From Halomicronema hongdechloris C2206 (lineage in GTDB: Bacteria; Cyanobacteriota; Cyanobacteriia; Phormidesmidales; Phormidesmidaceae), in NCBI RefSeq assembly GCF_002075285.3, contig NZ_CP021983.2, forward strand, positions 1,650,001-1,682,000: 32,000 nucleotides of DNA, read 5' to 3'. The notes beneath the pieces were generated by a model. The model was not told the origin of the DNA. It searched no databases and was given only the letters and a program-made list of their open reading frames with translations. Below, one piece after another: positions 1 to 7,352 of the stretch (within the stretch, counting starts at the first letter, position 1; every line of letters starts with the position of its first letter). Position numbers and translations under genes: made by a program.

Positions 1-916
1 TTCCATAAAGCAGTGCAATAGCGGCCACTAGATAAAGTCGCTCAAGGGCTACCGCTGAGCGGATTCGGGAGTCTTCAATCTCGAAAGCTCCTGATTTGCT
101 ATCCAAAAACAGCTCCTCTACTCTGAAACGCAACGCGTAGCGCCAGAGCGTCTGCAAGGTAGGCGGTTCATCGGTGATGACGGCCCAAGGCTCTTTGACG
201 CCTTTAAGCGTCGCCAGCACGATGTTGCACTGGTGGGAGCCATCCTGCCACAGCCTGACATTTCGATAGAAAATCGCCTCGCCTTTTGGCGGCCACAGAT
301 ATCTCACTTCAGTCGGATAACGCCTTGGCCCGTGCAGCAGGACATCGCAGGGCACTCGCAAGCAGTAGTGCCAACTGCTCGCTTGCAACCAACTCATCAA
401 GTCGTGGTTGGCAAAGCCTCGGTCGGCCAGCAGCATTAGGTTCGGGTACTGCCTCAAAAGCCACCGGGCACGGCGCAGCAAAGGGCGGTATTCTTCAAAA
501 GCCACCGTTGCACTGCCATGCTCAAGCACTCGCCACAGTAGCGGGACTGCTCGTCCGCAGCACACCACTGACAGGTGAATCATGCAGTATTGGTTCCACA
601 GCACCGTTGTATCGAGTGCCAGATACAGCCGCTTGCCCTCCCACTGCCTCAGCGTCAGCAGCACCAGCGGTAGGTAGAGCTGATTTATCTCAACGAGCCG
701 GTTGCCGAAAAATCGATGCCACCGCCGCTCGAAGCTTTGCGCTTTGTTGGCACGGCTTATCACGTAGGACTCCCAAGCAGGTGGGCTCAGCTCACCACTA
801 CAAATCAGGGCGGTGACCATCCAAGATAGGGCTTTGATATGGCGCAAGTCCCGGTAGTGGCTGTATTGACGCAGATAGTGCAGCAGTTGATCATAGAGCT
901 GGGTAGAGCTTGGCAT
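1..916 (-). CDS. IS4-family DDE transposase, N-terminal 305 codons; the ORF stays open to the left window edge, so it is absent from the supplied ORF track (no stop inside the window)
   Basis: Manual reverse-strand translation from the ATG at 916-914 runs without a stop: MPSSTQLYDQLLHYLRQYSHYRDLRHIKALSWMV...LALDTTVLW...LLADRGFANHDL...WRYALRFRVEELFLDSKSGAFEIED... It carries DDE-type motifs (LALDTT, LLADRGF) and an exact Y-x2-R-x3-E-x6-K signature (YALRFRVEELFLDSK), typical of IS4-family enzymes. Confidence 0.85.
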   Translation of the reverse strand, partial: MPSSTQLYDQLLHYLRQYSHYRDLRHIKALSWMVTALICSGELSPPAWESYVISRANKAQSFERRWHRFFGNRLVEINQLYLPLVLLTLRQWEGKRLYLALDTTVLWNQYCMIHLSVVCCGRAVPLLWRVLEHGSATVAFEEYRPLLRRARWLLRQYPNLMLLADRGFANHDLMSWLQASSWHYCLRVPCDVLLHGPRRYPTEVRYLWPPKGEAIFYRNVRLWQDGSHQCNIVLATLKGVKEPWAVITDEPPTLQTLWRYALRFRVEELFLDSKSGAFEIEDSRIRSAVALERLYLVAAIALLYG

Positions 917-991
917 GTCGCTTTGGCCGTCAGTGTGGTAACTACAGCCTCGCACACGAGCTCTGCCTATTTCCTCTTTGTCCTGATATGA
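1..991 (-). mobile_element. Partial IS4-family insertion sequence; its transposase-proximal end lies somewhere in 917-991 and the other end is outside the window
   Basis: It contains the transposase above. The adjacent DUF5615-like reading frame only opens at 992 and lacks about 35 N-terminal codons, consistent with truncation by this IS. The terminal repeat cannot be defined from one end. Confidence 0.6.
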
Positions 992-1242
992 CTACCTTTC
1001 AGCTACTTCTGTCAGGCACTCAGCGACCCAGCTATCTTGGCTTGGGCAGCAAGCAATGGGCGTATTCTGCTCACTCATGATCGAGCAACGATGCCGGATT
1101 TTGCTTACAACCGTCTGGTTAGAGGAGAGCTGATGGCAGGGATGTTTGTGGTCAATGATCGAATGCCTATTCGGCAGGCGATTGATGATTTGATACTGCT
1201 GGTAGATTGTAGCGAGCAAGCAGAATGGCAAGATGTCGTATT
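992..1242 (+). pseudogene. DUF5615/Mut7-C-like PIN-type toxin gene fragment, 5'-truncated by the IS4-family element and interrupted at 1242/1243 by the IS5-family element
   Basis: Frame open from 992: ...VQALSDPAILAWAASNGRILLTHDRATMPDFAYNRLVRGELMAGMFVVNDRMPIRQAIDDLILLVDCSEQAEWQDVVL. The (SD..IL.WA...GRILLTHD) pattern is typical of DUF5615 proteins. The N-terminal ~35 aa are missing, and the supplied ORF tail GTSKNSQSDLSMRS is IS5 sequence. Confidence 0.7.
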
Positions 1243-2528
1243 GGGCACCTCGAAAAATAGCCAGAGCGATCTCAGTATGAGATCATAAGGTCGGTTTTGT
1301 TGAAGCACGCAGGCCATGGGACAGCAGGGATTCTGGGATATCGAAGAGCGCCAGCAAAAACTGGAGCAAAAGAAGGCGGTACTGAATCGGTTGAATCAAC
1401 TGGTGCCGTGGGAGACCTTTCGTCCGATTCTGATGCAGATTCGAGAGAAACCGCGCAAAAGCCAGGCCGGTCGTAACCCCACCGATGTCCTGTTACTCTT
1501 CAAGATGCTGGTGCTGCAAAAGCTATACAACATCAGCGATGACGAACTGGAATATCAGGTCAACGACCGACTGTCCTTCATGCAATTTCTCGGTTTGGGG
1601 CTTGAGGATAGAGTCCCGGATGCAACGACGGTGTGGCTCTTCCGAGAACAGTTGCAGCAGCACGGCTTGGTGGAGGCGTTGTTCGAGCAGTTTGGAGCCT
1701 ATCTGCAAGGGGCAGGCTATGCCGCCAAGGATGGGCAAATTGTGGATGCGACCTTGATTCCAGTTCCCAAACAACGCAACACCCGTGAGGAGAACCAAAC
1801 CCTCAAGCAGGGTGAGGTTCCCGTTGAGTGGCAAGAGACCCCTCATCAGCTCGCGCAAAAAGATGTTGACGCCCGATGGACGAAGAAAAATGGAACGTCC
1901 CACTACGGCTACAAAAACCACATCAATAGTGATGCCGGCTTTAAGCTCATTCGCCGTTACAGCGTCACCGATGCGTCGGTCCATGACTCGCAGGTCTTGG
2001 GCGAGTTGCTCGATGCGGATAATAGCGGCGATGGACTTTGGGCCGATAGTGCGTATCTCTCCGTGCTGATTGTCGAGGTGCTGAAATTGATAGGGTTTGA
2101 GCCGCATATAAATGAACGGGCCTATCGCAATCGCCCCTTAAGCGAGGCCCAGAAAACCGCGAATCGAGAGCGCTCCAAAACCCGTGCCAGAGTGGAGCAC
2201 ATCTTCGGAGATGTCGTCACCAGCATGGGTGGCAAGGTGGTGCGCAGCATCGGGTTAGCCCGTGCCCAGACCCAGCTAGGTCTGAAAAATCTGGTGTATA
2301 ACCTGAAGCGGTTTGTGTGTCTCGAAACCCAACGTGCTGCATCGGCTGAACTGGCAAGATAATCGGACCTAAAGCCGGGAAATCGACTTAAACGTGGTCT
2401 TCCAACCCTATTTTTTTGTCAAAATGGGAAGCTTTTTTCGGTGGAATGTCTCGGACTCTCTTTGAGTCACCTTGACGGTCTCAAATGAGACGCCATTAGC
2501 TAAAGAAAACTGATTAATCGAGGTCCCC
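1243..2528 (+). mobile_element. IS5-family insertion sequence (about 1286 bp) with imperfect terminal inverted repeats and a TATT target duplication
   Basis: The left end GGGCACCTCGAAAAATAG matches the reverse complement of the right end GGGGACCTCGATTAATCAG at about 15/18 positions. TATT lies at 1239-1242 and 2529-2532. Removing the IS plus one TATT restores gat gtc gta ttg tat ctg ccg ttg tga (DVVLYLPL*). Confidence 0.75.
1316..2362 (+). CDS. IS5-family DDE transposase (348 aa)
   Basis: The N-terminal region LNRLNQLVPWETFRPIL...GRNPTDVLLLFKMLVLQKLYNISDDELEYQVNDRLSFMQFLGL and the catalytic region DATLIP...WADSAY...RARVEHIFG are collinear with the E. coli IS5 transposase motifs (LPW, LSD, DRLSF, DAT, D.AY, R..VEH.F). 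Confidence 0.9.
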   Translation: MGQQGFWDIEERQQKLEQKKAVLNRLNQLVPWETFRPILMQIREKPRKSQAGRNPTDVLLLFKMLVLQKLYNISDDELEYQVNDRLSFMQFLGLGLEDRVPDATTVWLFREQLQQHGLVEALFEQFGAYLQGAGYAAKDGQIVDATLIPVPKQRNTREENQTLKQGEVPVEWQETPHQLAQKDVDARWTKKNGTSHYGYKNHINSDAGFKLIRRYSVTDASVHDSQVLGELLDADNSGDGLWADSAYLSVLIVEVLKLIGFEPHINERAYRNRPLSEAQKTANRERSKTRARVEHIFGDVVTSMGGKVVRSIGLARAQTQLGLKNLVYNLKRFVCLETQRAASAELAR

Positions 2529-2548
2529 TATTGTATCTGCCGTTGTGA
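2529..2548 (+). pseudogene. Displaced 3' tail (YLPL-stop) of the DUF5615-like gene, on the far side of the IS5 insertion
   Basis: tattgtatctgccgttgtga joins in frame to 1232-1242 once the IS and one TSD copy are removed. Confidence 0.65.
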
Positions 2549-2628
2549 GAGCGTAGTTAAATTCAGCCACAGCAGACATAACAACGCCCATACATACCGA
2601 CGCCAAGAGGTTACTTGTTAGGCATCGT

Positions 2629-2675
2629 TAGGTGATCTGCTGTGGGTGATGAGCACCATTAGAACGTAGAATTTG
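2629..2675. repeat. Dispersed repeat, copy A, directly downstream of the AraC remnant stop
   Basis: ttaggtgatctgctgtgggtgatgagcaccattagaacgtagaatttg aligns by eye with 3874-3924 and 4674-4722. Confidence 0.5.
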
Positions 2676-2775
2676 CTACTGGGTACGATAGGCTTTCGGC
2701 ATGATGCCGGTCAATTGTCGAATTCTTCGGCCAAAGTGGCTGTGGCTGTTGAAACCGCAGTCAAGGGCGATCGCC
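2676..2775 (-). pseudogene. 3'-terminal remnant (last ~33 codons plus stop) of an AraC-family regulator, paralogous to 4723-5604
   Basis: The reverse translation AIALDCGFNSHSHFGRRIRQLTGIMPKAYRTQ* matches AIALECGFNSHSHLGRKFRQLTGMTPKAYRTQ* of the intact gene. Similarity is lost upstream of the HIP1 site at 2767-2774. Confidence 0.8.
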
Positions 2776-2857
2776 CAAACGCACCTCGATAATTCTCAGC
2801 ATTTGGGAAGGTGACTATACTGGATGCGTCTACCTAATCATCGATATCAGGGGAATT

Positions 2858-2949
2858 AGGCTGACGTGATTCCACCTATCTGCCCAAAACAGGATCTTAG
2901 GCTGACATATTTCCACCTATTTACCCGTATGAGGATCTTAGGTGGAAAC
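2858..2949 (+). repeat. Two tandem 41-bp imperfect direct repeats followed by an inverted partial copy, 70-160 nt upstream of the VOC gene
   Basis: 2858-2898 is aggctgacgtgattccacctatctgcccaaaacaggatctt and 2899-2939 is aggctgacatatttccacctatttacccgtatgaggatctt. Then aggtggaaa (2940-2948) is the reverse complement of tttccacct (2910-2918). Confidence 0.75.
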
Positions 2950-3019
2950 TTTCCCTGTAAATTACGAGTTAGGTCATTATTGCATTATTGAGTAGAGGAG
3001 GCTTCTGGAGGAGGAGAAT

Positions 3020-3820
3020 ATGTCTATCAAGGCTGAGGTTGGTCATGTTATCTGGCACGATCTCCTGATGCAAGATGTCACCAAAGCAAGGAATTTCTAC
3101 GCCGACTTACTGGGTTGGAAATACCAGGTTGAATACGCCTCTAACTTTGTCTGGAAGCCTGGTGAAGCCGAATATCCGTTAATTCTTGCTAATGGTGAGG
3201 CACATGGAGGCTTTGTTGATCCTGGACAGACCACCCTCTCCCGTTGGATTGCCTATGTGATGGTTAAGGATGTCGATGCTATAACGGCAAGGGCAAAGAG
3301 TCTTGGGGCAACGATTGTTCGAGGGCCTTTTGATACACCAGGCGTTGGTCGTAGTTCGGTAATTCAGGATTTGCAAGGTGCGGTCATTTGCCCTACCTTT
3401 CCTACACATAACTTCCCCGCTCCTAGCGGTACTTTCCTTTGGGATGAACTCATTACCGACGATGTTGAATCAGCAAAGCGATTCTATGGCAATCTGTTTG
3501 GCTGGAAATCCCACTACATCAACGTAAACCGGACTGATAGCTATGCTGTCTTAAAATGCACTGATGATACTGATGCGGTTGGAGTCACGAATCAATCTTT
3601 TGGTACGGTAGGATTAGCTGTCTGGGTACCATATCTTGCAACTGACGATATTGATGCAGCCATCACCAATGCCAAGGCATTGGATGCGAGCGTGTGCGAA
3701 GAAGCAACCTACATGCCCAGTGGTGCGCGGAAAGCCATCCTCGCAGACCCAACAGGTGCCGTTTTTGGTCTCTTGGCAGCAAGTGAATTCCGCATAAATG
3801 AGTTGAGTATAAGGGCGTAA
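3020..3820 (+). CDS. VOC-family (glyoxalase/bleomycin-resistance/dioxygenase fold) protein with two tandem VOC modules
   Basis: A strong SD (ggaggaggag, 3007-3016) precedes the ATG. Two repeats of the pattern W.DL...D...A..FY..L.GW (VIWHDLLMQDVTKARNFYADLLGWK; FLWDELITDDVESAKRFYGNLFGWK) each end in DP.GA.F-type motifs. Confidence 0.8.
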   Translation: MSIKAEVGHVIWHDLLMQDVTKARNFYADLLGWKYQVEYASNFVWKPGEAEYPLILANGEAHGGFVDPGQTTLSRWIAYVMVKDVDAITARAKSLGATIVRGPFDTPGVGRSSVIQDLQGAVICPTFPTHNFPAPSGTFLWDELITDDVESAKRFYGNLFGWKSHYINVNRTDSYAVLKCTDDTDAVGVTNQSFGTVGLAVWVPYLATDDIDAAITNAKALDASVCEEATYMPSGARKAILADPTGAVFGLLAASEFRINELSIRA

Positions 3821-3873
3821 CATGACCTAACACTGTGTTGGTGCGGACGGAACAGAGGTTATCGGTTAAAGTT

Positions 3874-3924
3874 CAAGGTGATCTGCCGCTGCACAACTTC
3901 ACCGTTAAAGATGAGTGGTGGATT
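3874..3924. repeat. Dispersed repeat, copy B, just upstream of vapB
   Basis: caaggtgatctgccgctgcacaacttcaccgttaaagatgagtggtggatt resembles copy C (caaggttgcttgctgccgcacaacttcgccgattaaaaagtggaatttt). The minus-strand translations also resemble each other (LIFNGEVVQRQITL vs FLIGEVVRQQATL). Confidence 0.55.
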
Positions 3925-3951
3925 ATATTTGGTAACTCATAGGGACAGCTG

Positions 3952-4194
3952 ATGCAAATCACGATTAACCTTCCACCCGACTTAGAACAAGACTTGATTC
4001 GTCAGGCTTCCCAATCCAACATTCCGCTGCAAACCCTGATTTTGCAGGCCTTACGCCAGGTAACTCAACCCACTGCTGCCGCCACATCCCAGTGGCCAGA
4101 GATTGTCTTGTCTTACGAAGGCACCCCCGACTTCCCCACATTTGAATCCTACCGCGACGAACTCCTGCCACCCCGTGAACCGGAACTGTTTTGA
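3952..4194 (+). CDS. vapB: Type II antitoxin (VapB-like, probable ribbon-helix-helix N-terminus)
   Basis: An 80-aa ORF (MQITINLPPDLEQDLIRQASQSNIPLQTLILQALRQ...) sits immediately upstream of, and translationally coupled to, a PIN toxin gene. Its stop TGA shares its A with the vapC ATG. Confidence 0.8.
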   Translation: MQITINLPPDLEQDLIRQASQSNIPLQTLILQALRQVTQPTAAATSQWPEIVLSYEGTPDFPTFESYRDELLPPREPELF

Positions 4195-4598
4195 TGCGCT
4201 ATCTCCTCGATACCTGCGTCATCAGCGACTTCATCAAAGGCGAAGCTGGAACACTAGCAAGACTCAAGCAAACGCCACCGGTTGACGTCGCCCTCTCAGC
4301 CATCACCGTAATGGAATTACGCTACGGCTTAGCCCTCAATCCGCAACGGACTCAGAAAATTGAACCCGCGATCGCCAGCATTTTATCTTCTGCAAACATC
4401 CTGCCTTTCAGTAATGCCGAAGCCGAACAGGCTGCTCAAATCCGGGCTGTGCTTAAATCTCAAGGACAACCCATCGGCGCTTACGATATCTTGATTGCGG
4501 CTACTGCCCTGCAACATGGTTTGATTATGGTTACAGCAAACCAGCGAGAATTCGAGCGAGTTGCCAATTTACAGGTCGAGAATTGGCGACAAGGCTAA
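4194..4598 (+). CDS. vapC: PIN-domain ribonuclease toxin VapC
   Basis: MRYLLDTCVISDF...ITVMELRYG...IGAYDILIAATALQHGLIMVTANQREFERV shows the PIN acidic residues in the canonical contexts (LLDT, ELxxG, D.LIAA, T.N..DF/EF). The ORF track starts at TTG 4191; the ATG at 4194 is more likely. Confidence 0.9.
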   Translation: MRYLLDTCVISDFIKGEAGTLARLKQTPPVDVALSAITVMELRYGLALNPQRTQKIEPAIASILSSANILPFSNAEAEQAAQIRAVLKSQGQPIGAYDILIAATALQHGLIMVTANQREFERVANLQVENWRQG

Positions 4599-4673
4599 AC
4601 GAGCAGCAAGTGCTGGTAACCGCAGACTAACCCTGCGTAGCAGCGGATGGGCTAAAGCTGCTGGTATCGGTGT

Positions 4674-4722
4674 CAAGGTTGCTTGCTGCCGCACAACTTC
4701 GCCGATTAAAAAGTGGAATTTT
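4674..4722. repeat. Dispersed repeat, copy C, between vapC and the AraC stop
   Basis: See copies A and B. Together with 4723-4823 it forms a ~150-bp segment duplicated at 2629-2775. Confidence 0.55.
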
Positions 4723-5604
4723 CTACTGGGTACGGTAGGCTTTCGGTGTCATCCCGGTCAGTTGCCGAAATTTGCGGCCCAAATGGCTGTGGCTGTTAAA
4801 ACCACACTCCAGGGCGATCGCCACAATCGGTTTATCGGTGCGCTTCAGCAGTGTCTTCGCCCGCTCTACCCGTTGTTGCAGCAGATATTGATAGGGCGAC
4901 AGACCCAGCGATCGCTTAAAGAGGCGACCGAAGTGAAATTGGCTGATATCCACCAATTCTGCCAATTCTGCCAACGTAATTGCACTCCCTAAATGGGCAT
5001 CGATATAGTCCGATACTTGCAGGAGCTGACGTTGAGGGAGTCCGCCTGCATAAACGGGTAACGGCGCTCTTGTGGTTGTGTGGTGGCGCAGCAAATGGAC
5101 CGCCAACACATTGGCCAGCGACTCCACATACAACTGGCTGCCAAACGATTCACGCTGGAGTTCGCTCAGGAGCATGGTCGCGATCGCATCAATGTGTGGA
5201 TCGCGGGTTTGTAACGTGGGGACGAGTTCGATGCGATCGCAATTCTGCTCCAGCGTCTCCCCTGCTACATGGCGCACAAATGAGTCCTGAATCCGCAGTT
5301 GCACCATGTGGACATCCCCCTCGGCCTGAGTCGCCAGCGTCGTATCTGCCGGAGTCACCAGTAAATCGCCCTTGCTGTACAGTCCAGCTTGGGTGCGACC
5401 CTCTTGCCGATGGGAAAATTTGAACGGGCGCGGCGACAGGAACAGGCCCAGGGTATGTTCATGCGGATAACTCCATGCATCCGCGCCCGTTTCATCGCGA
5501 CAGACATGACGAACATGCCGAATAGCCAACGGTCCCCACTGCCGGGTCACATGCCATTCAGCTTGAGCAGACCATTCCGATGATGAAAGGGAGGCTTGAG
5601 ACAT
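4723..5604 (-). CDS. AraC/XylS-family transcriptional regulator (N-terminal ligand-binding-type domain plus C-terminal double HTH)
   Basis: The C-terminus ITLAELAELVDISQFHFGRLFKRSLGLSPYQYLLQQRVERAKTLLKRTDKPIVAIALECGFNSHSHLGRKFRQLTGMTPKAYR is a textbook AraC HTH pair. Confidence 0.92.
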   Translation of the reverse strand: MSQASLSSSEWSAQAEWHVTRQWGPLAIRHVRHVCRDETGADAWSYPHEHTLGLFLSPRPFKFSHRQEGRTQAGLYSKGDLLVTPADTTLATQAEGDVHMVQLRIQDSFVRHVAGETLEQNCDRIELVPTLQTRDPHIDAIATMLLSELQRESFGSQLYVESLANVLAVHLLRHHTTTRAPLPVYAGGLPQRQLLQVSDYIDAHLGSAITLAELAELVDISQFHFGRLFKRSLGLSPYQYLLQQRVERAKTLLKRTDKPIVAIALECGFNSHSHLGRKFRQLTGMTPKAYRTQ

Positions 5605-5743
5605 GGGACTCTAGCACAATACAGCACCAACCTGACAGCGCTCCTGAGCAAGGGCATCTCACCCAAGTCTAGCGTCCTGAGAAAAACCAATAGCAAGAAT
5701 GTGCCAAGTCAGCGGGAATTAGATAGCGGTGCAGCTATGTTTT

Positions 5744-5783
5744 TCCTAAATTAAGGCTAAATAGGCGAGTTCTCGATTTAGGA
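5744..5783 (+). promoter_or_regulatory. Perfect 8-bp inverted repeat TCCTAAAT-N24-ATTTAGGA whose right arm covers the AGGA Shine-Dalgarno of the downstream membrane-protein gene
   Basis: tcctaaat lies at 5744-5751 and atttagga at 5776-5783, with the ATG at 5786. It sits in the AraC-divergent intergenic region. Confidence 0.4.
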
Positions 5784-5785
5784 AC

Positions 5786-6226
5786 ATGATGAAATCAAGC
5801 CCCAAAAACACAGATTTAGAACGCAAGTCTTTACTCTCAACGCTGTGGGTCTTTGTCCTTTTGAACATGGTCTATGCCGACATTTTAGGAATGTTACGAC
5901 CTGGATACTTAGACTTTTTAGATCAGATGAGTCAGCAACTGACCGGCAGTACGGTGTTGTTCTTTGCCCTGTTCATGGAGGTCGCGATAGCAATGATTCT
6001 CCTATCTCGCGCCTTAGCGTACAACGCTAATCGCTGGGCGCACTTTATCGCTATTCCGCTAACGATTCTGTGGGTTGTCGTGCCTGCCCTCATGCCCTCC
6101 CTGGGGGAGACAACCCCACTCTCTTACGTGTTTTTTGCCTCGATAGAAGTGGTGACGATGGTGTTCATGTTTGGGTACGTGTGGCAATGGCCTCAGTCAG
6201 AAAGTAAGTATAACCAGATCCGGTAG
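5786..6226 (+). CDS. Small integral membrane protein (about 4 TM segments), DUF6326-like; paralogue of 7353-7784
   Basis: KSLLSTLWVFVLLNMVYADI...FMEVAIAMILLSRALAYNANRW... aligns along its length with the second copy (KLSTLWIFVLLNVIFRDL...MIEVPIAMVLLSRLLPYGANRW). The family name is from memory, not a search. Confidence 0.75.
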   Translation: MMKSSPKNTDLERKSLLSTLWVFVLLNMVYADILGMLRPGYLDFLDQMSQQLTGSTVLFFALFMEVAIAMILLSRALAYNANRWAHFIAIPLTILWVVVPALMPSLGETTPLSYVFFASIEVVTMVFMFGYVWQWPQSESKYNQIR

Positions 6227-6293
6227 AACCACCGACCTTTGGCCGCAGTACTTCTCTAAAAAATTTCATTGTCTAATGGAAGCAGATTCCACC

Positions 6294-7283
6294 ATGAAAG
6301 CCATCGTTTTGACCCAATACGGATCGCCGGACGATCTGGAGCTGAAAGATATTGAAACGCCGACGCCTAATGATGACGAGGTCTTAGTCAAAGTCCAGGC
6401 CACCTCAGTCAATGACTGGGATTGGTGCCTTGTCAGGGGCAGTCCCTTTTACATTCGGCTGCTCTGCGGCTGGCGCAAACCCAACATCCAGATCCCTGGT
6501 GCGGAAGTCGCGGGTCGAGTCACAGCGGTGGGGCCAAACGTCACCCAGTTTCAACCCGAAGATGCGGTCTATGGCGACATTTCTGAGTGCGGCTTTGGCG
6601 GCTTTGCAGAGTACGTCTGTGTGCCGGAAACCGCCCTAGCTCTAATGCCTGAAAGGATGGCCTTTACTGAGGCGGCGGCAATTCCCCATGCCGCGATGCT
6701 GGCCGTGCAAGGGTTAATGGATGTCGGGCAACTGCAACCAGGCCAAAAACTGCTGATCAACGGGGCAGGTGGGGGTGTGGGTACCTTAGGGGTGCAAATT
6801 GCCCGTGCGATTGGGGTTAAAGATGTGACGGGCGTCGATCGCGCCAGCAAATTTGCCCTGATGCGCTCAGTCGGGTTTACCCACACCATCGATTACACCC
6901 AAACCGATTTCACGACAGGGCAAGAACGGTATGACCTGATTTTGGATACCAAGACCAATCGTTCCCCTTTCAAATATTTGCAAGTGCTCAATCCTGGCGG
7001 CACTTACGTGACCGTTGGCGGTTTAACACCACGCCTGTTCCAGGTGCTATTGTTCGAGCCAATGATTCGCTGGTTCACCCAGAAGACCGTGCGGTTAGTC
7101 AATCTACAGCCGAATAAAGATCTGGCCTATGTGAACGAGCTGTTTGCAGCGGGTCAGCTGAAACCAGCCATCGATGGCCCCTATCACCTGAGCGAGGTTC
7201 CCAGGCTAATTCAGTATTTTGGTGCCGGTCAGCATCAAGGAAAAGTCATTATTACCCTCAATCCCCACAGGACTCACCCCTGA
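6294..7283 (+). CDS. Zinc-type alcohol dehydrogenase / NADPH:quinone oxidoreductase-like MDR-superfamily enzyme
   Basis: MKAIVLTQYGSPDDLELKDIETPTPNDDEVLVKVQATSVN..D plus the Rossmann motif LINGAGGGVGTLGVQIA. I chose the ATG at 6294 over the ORF-track start at 6171, whose 41-aa extension overlaps the previous gene and has no MDR similarity. Confidence 0.88.
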   Translation: MKAIVLTQYGSPDDLELKDIETPTPNDDEVLVKVQATSVNDWDWCLVRGSPFYIRLLCGWRKPNIQIPGAEVAGRVTAVGPNVTQFQPEDAVYGDISECGFGGFAEYVCVPETALALMPERMAFTEAAAIPHAAMLAVQGLMDVGQLQPGQKLLINGAGGGVGTLGVQIARAIGVKDVTGVDRASKFALMRSVGFTHTIDYTQTDFTTGQERYDLILDTKTNRSPFKYLQVLNPGGTYVTVGGLTPRLFQVLLFEPMIRWFTQKTVRLVNLQPNKDLAYVNELFAAGQLKPAIDGPYHLSEVPRLIQYFGAGQHQGKVIITLNPHRTHP

Positions 7284-7352
7284 ATCCCCACATCTGGGGA
7301 CAACGGCTCCCCACATCCGTTTGTATTTTTGATCAGATATCCAAACAGGAGC

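Noticed and set aside
286-816. 176-aa plus-strand ORF (and 233-439) in the first kilobase
   Set aside because: It is Ala/Ser/Gly-rich with low-complexity composition and lies fully antisense to an uninterrupted IS4-family transposase frame with clear DDE/YREK motifs. It is best explained as a shadow ORF.
1523-2107. 194-aa ORF antisense within the IS5 transposase gene
   Set aside because: It has no recognisable motif and lies entirely inside a well-supported transposase CDS. This is a typical antisense open frame.
3865-3910. Integron attC-like site next to the vapBC cassette (GTTAAAG occurs twice)
   Set aside because: The two GTTAAAG copies are direct, not inverted. The last base violates GTTRRRY, there is no integrase gene, and there is no matching site structure downstream of vapC.
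6171-6293. 41-codon N-terminal extension of the Zn-ADH-like ORF given in the ORF track
   Set aside because: The extension overlaps the preceding membrane-protein gene and has no MDR similarity. The canonical MKAIVL... start is at 6294.
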